DNA of 64,000 nt from Octopus vulgaris (taxonomy: Eukaryota): the NCBI GenBank assembly GCA_951406725.2, contig OX597831.1, positions 75,888,001-75,952,000 on the forward strand, read 5' to 3'. The number at the start of each line of letters is the position of its first letter. The first letter of the stretch is position 1. Shown here one piece after another: positions 1 to 13,174 of this stretch. The translations under genes and the position numbers were made by a program. Under the pieces are notes generated by a model. It ran no database searches. It was not told the origin of the DNA and saw only the letters and a list, made by a program, of their open reading frames with translations.

Positions 1-141
1 TGTGTGAGTAGTGTTTGCATTAAGGCTTAGAATGTTCACATACTTACTCACACATATGTATTGTGTGTATGTGTGTATGCACACAATACACACACCCATG
101 TCCACGTGTCTACGTAGATATACGTGCATATATATATATAT

Positions 142-188
<47 letters not shown>

Positions 189-207
189 TATATATATACA
201 TATACAT

Positions 208-262
<55 letters not shown>

Positions 263-266
<4 letters not shown>

Positions 267-558
267 CTTAAATCCTTAAAAATGTTTTAGCCCGAAGGCC
301 GCGGCCATGCTGGGGCACCACCGCAGAATGAGTTACACTAATATGTGAATCCACCTCTGATACGTGGCACTTGATCAACAAGGGAGTTCGATGCTGCTGC
401 CCGCATTTGCTTCTCCTGTCGTGAGGTAGGTTCATCTGGGTCTCCCGACAAGAAGAGATCCAGTTTAGTTTTAAAGAAACCCACATCCACACCATGTAAG
501 TCTCTCAGGCATTTAGTGAGGATGTTAAAGAGCTGTGGTCCTCTGAAACCCAAGCTAT
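263..558 (-). mobile_element. 5'-truncated non-LTR retrotransposon (CR1/L2-group) 3' end: ORF2 C-terminus, 3'UTR and short tandem tail
   Basis: Minus-strand translation [43 protein letters not shown] resembles the post-RT C-terminus of CR1/L2-group ORF2 (GPxLFNxL...FKxKLDxFL..PDEP). It is followed by GGTGCCCCAGCATGGCCGC, a hairpin and a (TTTAAGGA)2 tail, and is flanked by TA tracts. Confidence 0.7.
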
Positions 559-674
559 AAATATATATATTGTTATATTTCGGAATGGTCATTTTGCCAG
601 TTTAGCCAATAAAAACACACGCACTATTTTATATATACACATATATGTGCGTGAGCAAACAGACACTCTGCGTG

Positions 675-742
<68 letters not shown>

Positions 743-1311
743 CATATATATATACATACATACATACATACATACATACATACATACATACATACATGCG
801 TACATACATACATGCAAATATACATACACACGCACACGCATAATACTCATTACCTGTAAAGGTAACGAGGCCAACTATTAATCAGAATTCTCTGACACAA
901 GGAATTCTCTCTTCTAAGGACCACTAAATCGACTTTGCTTCGCTTTTGTTACGCCAGATCCACTGGGGCCTCTGTCTGTACATCTCTGTCACTGTCTCTG
1001 TCTGTCTGTCTGTCTCTTCTACCTCCTAGGATTTCGACTTCGAGAAATTTGGTGAAAATTGTTGTTGAACAGGATGTGAGAAGATCTTTCGTTAGAGATC
1101 AATCGACAAAATCTCTTGTCTCTGGTCTTCATCCGTTTCCTGTCTCTTGGATTGCTTCATTTTTTTGGGAGCTCGGACCATTGCTGCAGTGTCTGCTCAC
1201 GGATTTCTCTCTCTCCCTCTCTCTCTTTCTCCTTTCTCTCTCTCTCTATATGTTTCCTTCTTTCTCTATCATATCGCTGTCTCCGTCTCTATGTCTCTCT
1301 GTCATTCATAT

Positions 1312-1752
1312 AGGAGTGGTTGTGTGGCAAGTAGCTTGCTTACCAACCGCATGGTTCCGGGTTCAGTCCCACTGCGTGGCATCTTGGGCAAGTGTCTTCT
1401 ACTATAGCCTCGGGCCGACCAAAGCCTTTTGAGAGGATTTGGTAGAGGGAAACAGAAAGAACCCGTCGTATATATATATCTGTGTATGTATGTATATATA
1501 TATGTATGTATGAGTGTGTGTGTATGTCTGTGTGTGTGTGTGTGTGTGTATGTCTGTGTGTGTATGTTTGTTCCCACCAACATCGCTTGATAACCGACGC
1601 TAGTGTGTTTACTTCCCTGTAACTTAGCGATTCGGCAAAAGAAGCCGTTAGAAAAAGTACTAGGCTTACAAAGAATAAGACCTGGGGTTGATTTGCTCGA
1701 CTAAAGGTGGTGCTCCAGCCTGGCCACAGTCAAATGACCGAAACAAATAAAA
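1312..1752 (+). mobile_element. SINE family A (tRNA-derived head, CORE-like CCTTGGGCAAG segment, internal microsatellite)
   Basis: Matches the copy at 59543-59950 along its length: GTGGTTGTGTGGCAAG (A-box-like), GGTTCAGTCCC (B-box-like), CTTGGGCAAGTGTCTTCTACTATAGCC, then GGTGCTCCAGC..GGCCAC and an A-rich tail. Confidence 0.85.
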
Positions 1753-2214
1753 ACACACACACACACATAGCTTTCTCTTCATCTCTCTCCATCTCTGTCT
1801 CTTAAGTTCTCTCTCTTTCTCTCTCCTTCGGTCTCCGAGCTGCAATCTGTCATATTTTGCGTGCAAGAGGGTTCAGTACAGTTTCCTCTACTGTCTCCCC
1901 ATATACCATAAACCACAACCTTTTCTGCAGTCACCTCCAACATCTTTCTCTTCAAAACAAATTATGCGGCCCGTCACTCTTTCTTAATCTTCCTCACTCA
2001 TTTGTCATTCACATACGACCTAAACATTTCACGCCAAATTTCCTCCGACCCCACGAACATCAAATATAGGGGGGACTCTCCATGGGGGACACATATCAGT
2101 CATGTCTGTCTGAGAGAGAAAGACAGAAAGAGACAGAGAGGGAGGGGGAGAGAAAGAGAGACCGAGAGAGTGAGAGAGAGACAGAGAGAGAGACATTGCA
2201 AAAGCACAATCACT

Positions 2215-2501
2215 AGCTGTGTGGTAAGAAGCTTGCTTCCCAACCACATGGTTCTAGGTTCAATCCCACTGCATGGCACCTTAGGTGAGTGTCTTCTGCT
2301 TTAGCCTTGGGCCGACCAAAGTTTTGTGAGTGGATATGGTAGACGGAAACCGAAAAGAGCTAGTCATTATATATTTATAATGTATGTATGTATGTATCTC
2401 TGTATGTATGTATATAATATATGTATTTATGTATATATGTATGTATGTATATGTATGTATGTATGTTTGTATGTATATATGTATGTATGTATGTTTGTAT
2501 G

Positions 2502-2563
<62 letters not shown>

Positions 2564-2780
2564 TGTATGTATGTATGTATGTATGTATGTATGTATGTAT
2601 GTATGTGTCTCTGTGTCTGCGTCCCCTAACACCGTATGATAACCACTGTTGGTGTGTTTATGTCCCCGTAACTTAGCGGTTTGGCAAACGAGACCGATGG
2701 ATGAGGTTGATTGGTGCGACTAAAATTCTAAGGTGGCGCTCCAGTATGGCCGCAATCTAATAACTGAAACAAATAAAAGT
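2215..2780 (+). mobile_element. SINE family A with expanded internal (TATG)n
   Basis: Same head and tail as other family A copies; about 230 bp of (TATG)n at the internal microsatellite site (~2375-2605). Confidence 0.8.
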
Positions 2781-4241
2781 ATTTAAGAATGAATCTCTCC
2801 AAATCCGACGAACACAAAAACTAAGCCCTTGTGCACAAAGGGATGATAGGATGTGGATTAATCTCGTTACAATTGCTAGCCCTCCCCCCTTGCATCACTG
2901 AGAATCTCCTGATGAATGCATCCTCAACATCACTGAAACTGCATCACAGACACCGTCGTCCCTTGTCTCCACCATAAACTCCCAATAGCACCAGGGAACA
3001 CAATTTTCGTTGAGTTAAATCAGACACTTGTTTCTGAATAACTTTTGACCTCTGAATCCCAAAATGACCCAGGTTATTCTGTATCACGTCAACTTTTTAA
3101 GCTACAGGATCCCTCACTTAGTCCTAAAAATACCATAAGAATACGGCACCTAACAAATTTGTGCTTATTTTATAGAAATGTTTTGAAAATGTACATACAA
3201 TGGAAAATAGCAAAACATTGCTTGACTGTAATGTTTGCACGAATTTATTTTGTTCACACAAAGGATATTGCTACTGTGGATCAAATTGTGTGCAAGTAGT
3301 TAAGAAAAATGTAGCTTTGCCTGGATTGTTCAACCTGGACAATTTTCACTTTATGCTCCAGCCATCATATTTACCACTCATCTACAATTTTCACATTTCC
3401 TCCATGACATTGATGTGCAGAAGTAGAAATATTTTCTTTGTATCAATTCCAATGACTATCTTCTAAGACCACATGAGAACCACAATGAAAGTCCTGCTTC
3501 CACAACTGGGGCAGTTCTTTTGCTGCATACAACACAAAGATCCTCGGTTGCCTCAACAAATGCGTCACTCGACTGATTGACATGAGGTCGCTCAACCAAT
3601 CAACTCCAACCGTTGGCTCACAGTCACATCCTGTTTTCTCTGAACCCTTTCTATCACGATTATTATGGTCTCTACTTATTGGGGCTGACTGGTAACTCAA
3701 ACTCCAGATTCCTCTATCACTCCCCACCGCTCGAACCAATAATGGGTTCATCTATTCAGGTTCCACACTAACCCCTGTACTCATTCTATCCTCTCCGGGC
3801 GTTAGTTCTTTGAAATTTCCTCACTGGGTCGATTTTGCCAGTCTCGGAACGTCTGAGAAGAGCAATGGATGTTACAGTAACCGCAAACATGTGGCATCTT
3901 GGGCTCTGCTCACTTTTCTTTAGCTTCGAGTCGATCCATACCGCGTGAGTGAAATTGGGCAGACGGCGACTATGGAACCCCGTCGAGTGGACTGTGTCTG
4001 TGGCTTATAAGATACAGCCTTGTCACAAGCATGGTGTTACATTCATTCCATCTGAGAATGACGTTAAGGGGATCATGTTTCCATGAAATTCTCCTCAGTC
4101 ACTTACTCGGGCAGGTAATCCATTTGATCGGACAGCGGAATCCTCATCGTCGAAAACTGACGCAGATCTATATGTATATGTGTATGTGTGTGTGTGTAAA
4201 TAGATGGAGAGAAAGAGAGAGAGAGAGAGTGCCTATGTATG

Positions 4242-4305
<64 letters not shown>

Positions 4306-5118
4306 TGTGTGAGTGTGTGTACGTGCGCCTTAACATGCTTGCAGGAACAAAGAACGAGTTACTGAGCTGTTTCGATAATTTTCCTCCTTGTTGTTGTTCT
4401 TGTCGCTATTGTTTGATTCCTGACTAGCCTCGTTTAGATTTATGATAAAAGAAACATTCCACTTTTAACTATTCCCTTCTTTTAGCATTATTCAAGACAA
4501 TATAATCCTTCATCAAAAAACAGCGATATGTGATTTAAAAAAAGAAATTTGGCTGCTATTTCTAGTACGCCGAACGACCACATAGAAGTTCCTTTAACTT
4601 TGATCGTCACCTCACATATCTTCCAGCGGTGAGGAAAGAAACCATTGTTTGTAACGAGCATGCTCTTTCTGTCTGTTAATGTTTGCATTACACTTCATTG
4701 TTGATAGAGCTGCCATGTTTACTCATGTCCGCTTAAACAAGATGGCTGTGTTTCGGCGTCTTGCTAACTTGCGGTTTGGCGATGATGAAGAGATTTTAAA
4801 ATTTTGATAACCATTTTCTTTTTTTTTTTTTTTTTAAATTTATTTTTAGCTCTAATATATTATTAATGCTTATTTATATTTAAATGTTAAACACGATGTA
4901 ATACATTATTGATGTTAATTTATGTCCTGATGTAAATAAATGATATGCCATCTATGCTAATTTATGTTTGCAACGTAGACCGCGATTTGTTGAAGACGAA
5001 TTTTTCTGGCTTTCGAAATATATTTTACGTCTAGTTTTATATCTATGTATACATACATACATACATACATACATACATACATGCATGCATGCATACATAC
5101 ATATATGCATATATAATG

Positions 5119-5190
<72 letters not shown>

Positions 5191-5196
5191 TATACA

Positions 5197-5238
<42 letters not shown>

Positions 5239-5258
5239 TATATATACATATATACATA

Positions 5259-5335
<77 letters not shown>

Positions 5336-5569
5336 TTCGAAACGCGGAGTAGATAAAACAGGGGACAACTGACGAAGGGATTGCTCTTTATGTCTCGTTT
5401 CTCGATTTGTTTCTTTTATTGTTCGCAAAAAGTTCGTTTTCTGTTTTTGTTTTTATGCCCTCGTTTCTCATTTTGTTGACGTATTTTTGATGTCCTATAC
5501 CCATTTATGCATGTATATATATATACATATATATGTAGGTATGTACATATATGTAAGTATATATGCATA

Positions 5570-5645
<76 letters not shown>

Positions 5646-7592
5646 TAAATCAAAGATATAAAATCCTCTTAAAGGGATGTCAGCATCCTAGTTCCCCAGT
5701 TTTATCCAGTGTGTCAGTAAAAAACCAAAGATGTTAGCTTCGCATTGATGGATACGGGTATATTTCTTTTTCTCAGACATAAACAATAAATAGTTACATA
5801 CTTATATATATGTATATACACACGTGATGTCTGATCAGAAAGTATCGACACTGTTGCTGTAAATGGAAAACTGTAACCCATATCAATTCGGCATTTAATC
5901 TCCTTCGAGGTTGTCCCTTTTTGAAGCCACACACTTTATCCAGCTTCTAACACAAATTTATTCTACAGCATACTACAACTCAACAAATAGTTTTTATACA
6001 CTCTGTATATACTTTAGACAAGAGATTTCGATTTCGTTTCGGAAGTGACTCGAGTATACGGTATTGATAAGTTGCAACTACGGCGAAATACGGTATCGGC
6101 CGCTCTCATGATCACTTCTGGGGCGATTTCGTTTCACTTAGTTCTAAAGTATTGTATATTGTGCTTCTAAACTCTATACATTTTCTTGGACGATAAACTG
6201 CAGCGTATGTACTTTATGTACATGGTGTTGGTTATATATATATATATATATACTTTATTTAAAGCAGCAGAAAATTCAACAAAACCTGCTACTCTGAGTT
6301 TCCCGTTGCCGTTCATCGGACAGTTTTTGCTTACTCCGGTATATATATATATGTTTACTCCGGTATATATATATATATATATATATACATGATTGATTGA
6401 TTATAACTGGCTTCTTTCCGTTTCCGACAACCAAGCAGAAAGACTGAACCCGGAACCATGTGGTTGGGAAGCAAACTTATTACCATATAGTCATGCCACC
6501 GCCAATATATATTGTATATATATATAAACTACAGTGTTACCCGTCATATCTTTGCAAGTATATTTTAGCCATCACGAATAATATCAGAAAATATGACATA
6601 CATAATAATTATTTTATTCTTAAATAAATTTCTTTGTGGTTATAAAAAATGATACTAATTTTAAAAAGAAACATACATACAACTTGCCATGTACACTCTC
6701 CCCTCCCCATGGGATCTCTCACTATGGTTCTGTGTGTGTGCGTATGTGTTACTCATTGCCTGCTACCAAGTCTAGTATGTGCACACATTCTGCACCTCTT
6801 TGCCTGCCCAAAGCGTTTTCATAAGTTTGTCCCTAAATCCCTACATGTATGTTTTCCGACCCTTAGTTTGGCCCCTGTTTCATTTCATATTCTCTGCGTT
6901 ATATAAAGATTTCCTTTCGCAAAATCTCAATAACTACTCTTGTTGGTTTCGAACGTGTATCATATATGATGCATGGACGCCAGGGAAATGTCTCCTGGAT
7001 ATCACATGCGATAAACAAGACAGGCAAAGGGCTAACTCCCTCTGTATATCACTTTTACTATCTCTTCCCCTCTCTCTATACGATGTAAAGAATCAATGGG
7101 AAAATCATTCAGCCAACCAACCAACCAACCAACATTTATATCAGTTATTATTAAATAGACATTATTAATGCTAATTTATGTAATATATTATCTATGCTAA
7201 TTTATGTTTGTATGTAACATATGCCTATGTTCTGTTTATCTATTTTCCTGAGAAAACTCATTTGGTTTGTATATGACACACCTCACGCCTGGTTTGTGTT
7301 CCTTATGGTTGACTTAGCTTAATTACTCTATAATTTGGTCTACTCTCAGCAATTTAATTAGTGGCTGTTTATTTTTTCTTTTTGTTTTCTACTCAACTTG
7401 ATCAATATTCGAGATTACTCGTACTTAATACTTAGAAAACATTACTTACCAATATAGAACGGGGGCAAGGGGTCATTCTATGCGGCCATCTTGTAAGTTT
7501 TTGTAGAATTTAGGGGAAATCAGTCGTGTAAGCTCTCACAAATGCACAAATCCCCATAAATATATACATCCACAAATAAGAACGTATGTGTG

Positions 7593-7729
<137 letters not shown>

Positions 7730-7850
7730 ACATACACACATGCAGTCATATACACTCACAAAAAGGTACTTGCAGTGGCAGGTATTGCTACACATAGACC
7801 GACAAATGTGGACACATGAAGAGAGAGGGAGAGAGAGTGAATGAGGGAGG

Positions 7851-7892
<42 letters not shown>

Positions 7893-8022
7893 ATCATACG
7901 CAAAGACACAAACACGTAGACATACACCCTCGCACCCTCACTTCCTCTCTTTCCCCCTTTCTCTCTCTCTCACACACACACACATACAGACAGATACACA
8001 CAGAGGCATTCATACATAAACT

Positions 8023-8057
<35 letters not shown>

Positions 8058-8689
8058 GAAAACAGTGACGTCTTCAATGGCTGTCATTTCTGATTCTGTC
8101 ACTTCTGAGCTGAAGTGTTGACAAGCATTTTTCTCCCGTTTGACATCCTGACAATCAAATTTTTGCAATTACTTTACTGCAATCATTGATTTAGTCTCAC
8201 TAACAATCATTATGTCAATTATCTTGTTAATTAATTTGGCAATTAACCTTACTATTCCATTCATCTACCTTTGTTGTAGCACTAAAGTACAAGATTCTCT
8301 TATCTGGTAGCTGTATTTGCAAAAAATAGCAGCCAAAACTCCATTGGATCATACTGCATTATCTTGGATAAGCAAAAGGCGCATTGAATAACATAGGCAC
8401 CCTGGATATTTCCCAAAATACGAGATGGTCACGGATGGGGGTGGGGAGTCGGTATGTCTTTGATCATGGGTTTGCTCGATTCCGCTAGGATTAGCCTTGT
8501 GGAACAACGGCAACGACAACTGTACAATGCTGGTACGTTCCCGGAAAGTCGGTTTCGCTTCCCGGTTCGCTTACATCTCATTCTTCCACTGATGCCAACG
8601 AATGATACCTCTCACTCGCAAGCTTTTCTTCATCATCAAGGTTTTCTTCTAAAGCAGAAGACCCGCGTCTCAGTCACGTGATAATGTTA

Positions 8690-8786
<97 letters not shown>

Positions 8787-8884
8787 ATGTATACATATGT
8801 GTGTGTGTGTACAGATGTATATATCAGTAGGTATATATTAATACATATATATATACATGTATATTGTGTACATATATAAACACA

Positions 8885-9075
<191 letters not shown>

Positions 9076-9612
9076 ATGTCTGTCTGTCTGTCTGTATGTA
9101 TGTATATGTATAACCAGCTGAAATTGCAAAGATAATCTGGAACTTGACTGAAGAAAGAAAACTCCGAATGACCCGTCCTGTTTTTTTTTCTATCGTCTGT
9201 CTAGATGTTTTGTTGTCCCTTTTTTTTGTATCATCTGACTGTCTGGATGTTCTGCGTTCTTGTCCCATTTTTGGTACTCCTTTTTATATGTATGTATATG
9301 TATATGTGTATGTGTGTGTATATATGTATGTAGGAATATATGTATATGTGAAAAAGAATACATCCCACTACTCACATATACACAGAGGGAGATGCAGATA
9401 TATATAATACGTATGTTTGATATAAATTCCATATACTTGAATATGATGCGTATATTGGCATACAACATAAATTTATTATACCAGACAGAATAAGTGGATA
9501 GAACTGTGTACGGGAGTCGAACCACAGACGAAAGTTTCTCTTCACGACAAAATATTATTCAACAAAACGTACAAAACTTCTTACTGGATCATAATTTTTT
9601 TGATTAGAGTAA

Positions 9613-9656
<44 letters not shown>

Positions 9657-9844
9657 GTAGCAGCCGTCACTGGCGAGCGAGTTCGTCTCAGTAGCATGTG
9701 TCTTGCTTTCGGTTATTGCTTTAGGTTCCTGTGTAATCGTGTGCAATTACAGATCGAAAGGAATACCCAAAACGCGACAGCTGGAGGAAGAAAGGGCCCC
9801 ACCCCCCTCCACTGGCTGATGCTGATTTTCGGCCAAATTTGTTT

Positions 9845-9965
9845 GGAGGAAAGTGAAATCAAGTACCTTGCTCAAGGATCATAACGTACAGCCGCGACCA
9901 GAAATTGAATCCACGACCCTAGGGTCGTGCGCTGAACAACATAACTGCTCACCCACGGGCCTTCA
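9845..9965 (-). mobile_element. SINE family D head fragment (tRNA-like head plus CCTTGAGCAAGG CORE-like segment)
   Basis: The reverse complement reads TGAAGGCCCGTGG...TTCAATTTCTGG...CCTTGAGCAAGGTACTTGATTTCAC. Related segments occur at 23220-23330 (-) and 53352-53620 (+). Confidence 0.55.
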
Positions 9966-10211
9966 GATTATTTAAGCATACCTATATATTTATATATACA
10001 TACATACATATATACACACAGATACACACACTTACACACAGATATACGTATACACACGCACATATATACATACACACACACACACATATATACAGACACA
10101 AAAATACACACACACAAATACACACATATATACGTATACATACACGCATACACATACACGCACACATATATACACATATATACGTATACACACTCGCATA
10201 TAGACACAAAT

Positions 10212-10244
<33 letters not shown>

Positions 10245-10616
10245 CACTTATTTGTACTGGATTATAAAGACGTGATTCATATCAGCATTTATCAGCGAGT
10301 GTTTTTTTTTTTCAATTAAGAGATTTGACTGCTATTTCTTGCGGGTAGGATGACTGCGTAGAGTTCGCCCCTGCACTGGGTGGGTATTGTTGTCGTTGTT
10401 GTGGTGGAGTGTTGCTGTTTGATGCTGTTGTTTAGTCCTAGATAGGAGTCATGACTGAAGACAATCCAGCCATGGAGATCCCATCTTTTCTTAAGTATAG
10501 TCTACCATGGATTGCATTGTATAATGAGTCCTTCCTTTCCAAAGCGGCAGACGAAGTTTAGACTGCTGTTTCTAGTGCGTGAAAACGACCACTAATAGGC
10601 TTAGAGGCTTCATCGA

Positions 10617-10770
10617 AGGTGGTGGTGGTGGTGGTGTTGGTGGTGGTGGTGGTGGTAGTGGTGGTGGTGGTGGTGGTGGTGGTGGTGGTGGTGGTGGTGG
10701 TGTTGGTGGTGGTGGTGGTGGTGTTGGTGGTGGTGGTGGTGGTGGTGGTGGTGGTGGTGGTGGTAGTTGG
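10617..10770. repeat. (GGT)n trinucleotide repeat
   Basis: Read directly. Degenerate GGT/GTT/GTA low-complexity sequence continues at 11265-11320 and 11735-12590. Confidence 0.9.
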
Positions 10771-10789
10771 TGTCTTTCACTTTTATTTA

Positions 10790-11240
10790 TCTTTTTCTTG
10801 TTTCAATCATTAGACTTCGGCCATGCTGGGGCACCGCCTTGAAGAATTTTTAGTCGACTCTAATAGTTATTCTTTTTTTTTTCAAAGCCTGGTACTTATT
10901 CTATCGGTGTCTTTTGCCGAAACGCTAGGTTACAGGGACGTAAACACACCAAGACCGGTTGTCAAGCAATGATAATGGGCAGACACGGAGAAACACGCAC
11001 ACACACACACATACACATGATACATTCACGTGCGAACGCACGCACACACACACAGACACACACACACACACGTACACACACACACGACGGGCTTCTTTCA
11101 GTTTCCGTTTACCAAACCCACTCATAAGGCTTTGGTCGGTCCTAGGCAATAGTAGAAGACACTTGCCCAAGGTGCCACGCAGTGGGACCGAACCCGGAAC
11201 CATGTGAGTGGGAAACAAACTTCTTACCACACAACCACCC
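10790..11240 (-). mobile_element. SINE family A
   Basis: Reverse-complement match to family A head, body and tail. Confidence 0.8.
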
Positions 11241-11351
11241 TGGCGCCTTTTGCTAGCAGTGATCGTGGTGGTGGTGGTGGTGGTGGTATTGATCCCGTTG
11301 GTGGTGGTGGTCGTGGTGGTAACTGAGGTTGTGTATGTCATTATGGAGACG

Positions 11352-11464
11352 CAGGAGTGGCTGTGTGGTAAGTAGCTTGCTTCCCGACCACATGGTTCCG
11401 GGTTCAGTCCCATTGCGTGGTACCTTGGGCAAGTGTCTTCTCTCTCTCTCTCATATATATATGT

Positions 11465-11496
<32 letters not shown>

Positions 11497-11710
11497 TTGT
11501 ATGTGTGTGTCCCAACACTGATTGACAACAGATGTTGGGGTGCTTACGTCCCCATAACTTAGCGGTTCATCCAGAGACGTGATAGAATAAGTACCAGGTT
11601 TTTTGCTTTCTAAAAAACATAACTGGGGGTCGATTCACTCGATAAGTGTTCTCAAGGTGGTGCTCCATCATGGCCGCAGTCTAATGACTGAAACAAGTAA
11701 AAGTTAAAAG
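11352..11710 (+). mobile_element. SINE family A (internally deleted), inverted relative to the 10790-11240 copy
   Basis: Head CAGGAGTGGCTGTGTGGTAAGTAGC...CCTTGGGCAAGTGTCTTCT; tail GGTGCTCCATCATGGCCGCAGTCTAATGACTGAAACAAG. Confidence 0.8.
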
Positions 11711-13174
11711 ACGCTACTAGTCGCATTGCTAGTGTTGGTGGTAGTGGTGGGAGGAGATGATAAGCATAGTAGTAGTGGTAGTTGTAGTAGTAGTAGTAGT
11801 GGTGGTGGTGGTGGTGGTGGTGGTTGCTATGGTACTGTTGCCACAGGTCAGCTCTGAGTATACGTACAATGAAAGACCTTCCAACCGTGACCACTCCAGC
11901 TCTGTCCTATGGGCAGAGATCTCACAACTACGTTATACACTGTATAGCTCTTTTCTAAGTCAATCGTGTAACATTTGAGGGAGGTTTAGCTGCTGTTTCT
12001 AACAGGTTGTTGGTAGTTGTGGTGATGGTTGTAATGGTAGGGATGGTGGTGGTTTTGATGGTAGTGGTGGTGGTGGTGGTGATGGTGGTATTGGTGGTAT
12101 TGGTGCTGGTGATGGTACTGGTGATGGTGGAGGTGGTGACGTGGTGATGGTAGTTGTGGTGGCGGTGGTGTGGTGGCAGGGATGGTGCTGGTGGTAGTGG
12201 TAGTGGTGGCGGTGGTGGTGGCGTTGCTGCTTTTTGCCTTTGTTTCTTTTTCTTCTTGGAGGTGGTGGTGTTGTCGGAGGTGAAGAAGAGAGAGGGGGTG
12301 ATGGTGGTTAGAGTTAGTGTCGGTGGTGGTGGCCACCACCGTAATAATAGCGACGGACATTGATAGTGTCGGTCGTGATGGTGGCGGAGTTGGTGCTGGA
12401 GATGGCATTGTTGATAGTGTTGCTGTTGTTGTTGTCGTTCTTTTTTGTTGTTGGGGGTGATGGGGAGGGGGTGATGGTGGTGGTTGCGTTGGTGTTGTTG
12501 TCGTTGTTGTTAGTGGTCATCGTCGTTAAGGTGGTGGCGTCGATGGTGTTGTTAAGGTTGTTGTTGGCGAAGGTGGTGGTGATGGGCGGAGGTGTGAGAG
12601 TCAGGAGTGCAGGGCTTGGACACGGTCAAGATAATATATGGACGGGACCCCTTTTCCCGTTCCCCTCCTCCCCGCAAAACAAAAAAAAAAACATATATAA
12701 TGCTAATATAGTCATTCCACTTAGAAGTATCTCGAGAAGAAAGACGGAAAGAAGGAGAGAGTAAAAGAAATTAAGAAAAAAAAACAAAGAAAGAAAAGGG
12801 CTGAAGGAAAGAAAGAAAGAAAGGAGAAGAGGAAGAAGAGGAGGAGGAGGAGGAGGAAAAAGAAGAAGAAGAAGAAGAGGAGGAGGAAGAGCAGTACAAG
12901 GTAGCAGATGGTCCCTGGATTTCACAGAAGGTCTCACAACATGCGAACACCAATTAGATCGAGCAGGCCTTGAAACGAAGAAAGAAAAACCAACTATAAA
13001 AAAACAACAACAAAAGAAAGAATAAAGGGGGGGAGGGGTAGGTGGGGAATGAGAAGAGGTGGTGGTTATACAGAAGTTTAAAACATCATTTTGTTGCTGT
13101 TGCTTGGCTTGTTTATGAATTTAGATACATTATTGCAACAACAACAACAACAACAACAACAATGATAATAATAA

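Noticed and set aside
2905-2960. CTGATGA...GAAAC hammerhead-like spacing
   Set aside because: Stems II and III cannot be formed convincingly.
3040-3600. Possible decayed DNA transposon end and coding remnant
   Set aside because: Too degraded to assign a family or boundaries by eye.
8575-8651. Possible minus-strand exon EENLDDEEKLASERY
   Set aside because: Plausible acceptor, but a stop codon precedes the better donor; no partner exons or recognisable homology.
10579-10842. Poly-Gly and poly-Val ORFs (also 54138-54689)
   Set aside because: Translations of (GGT)n and (GTA)n repeats.
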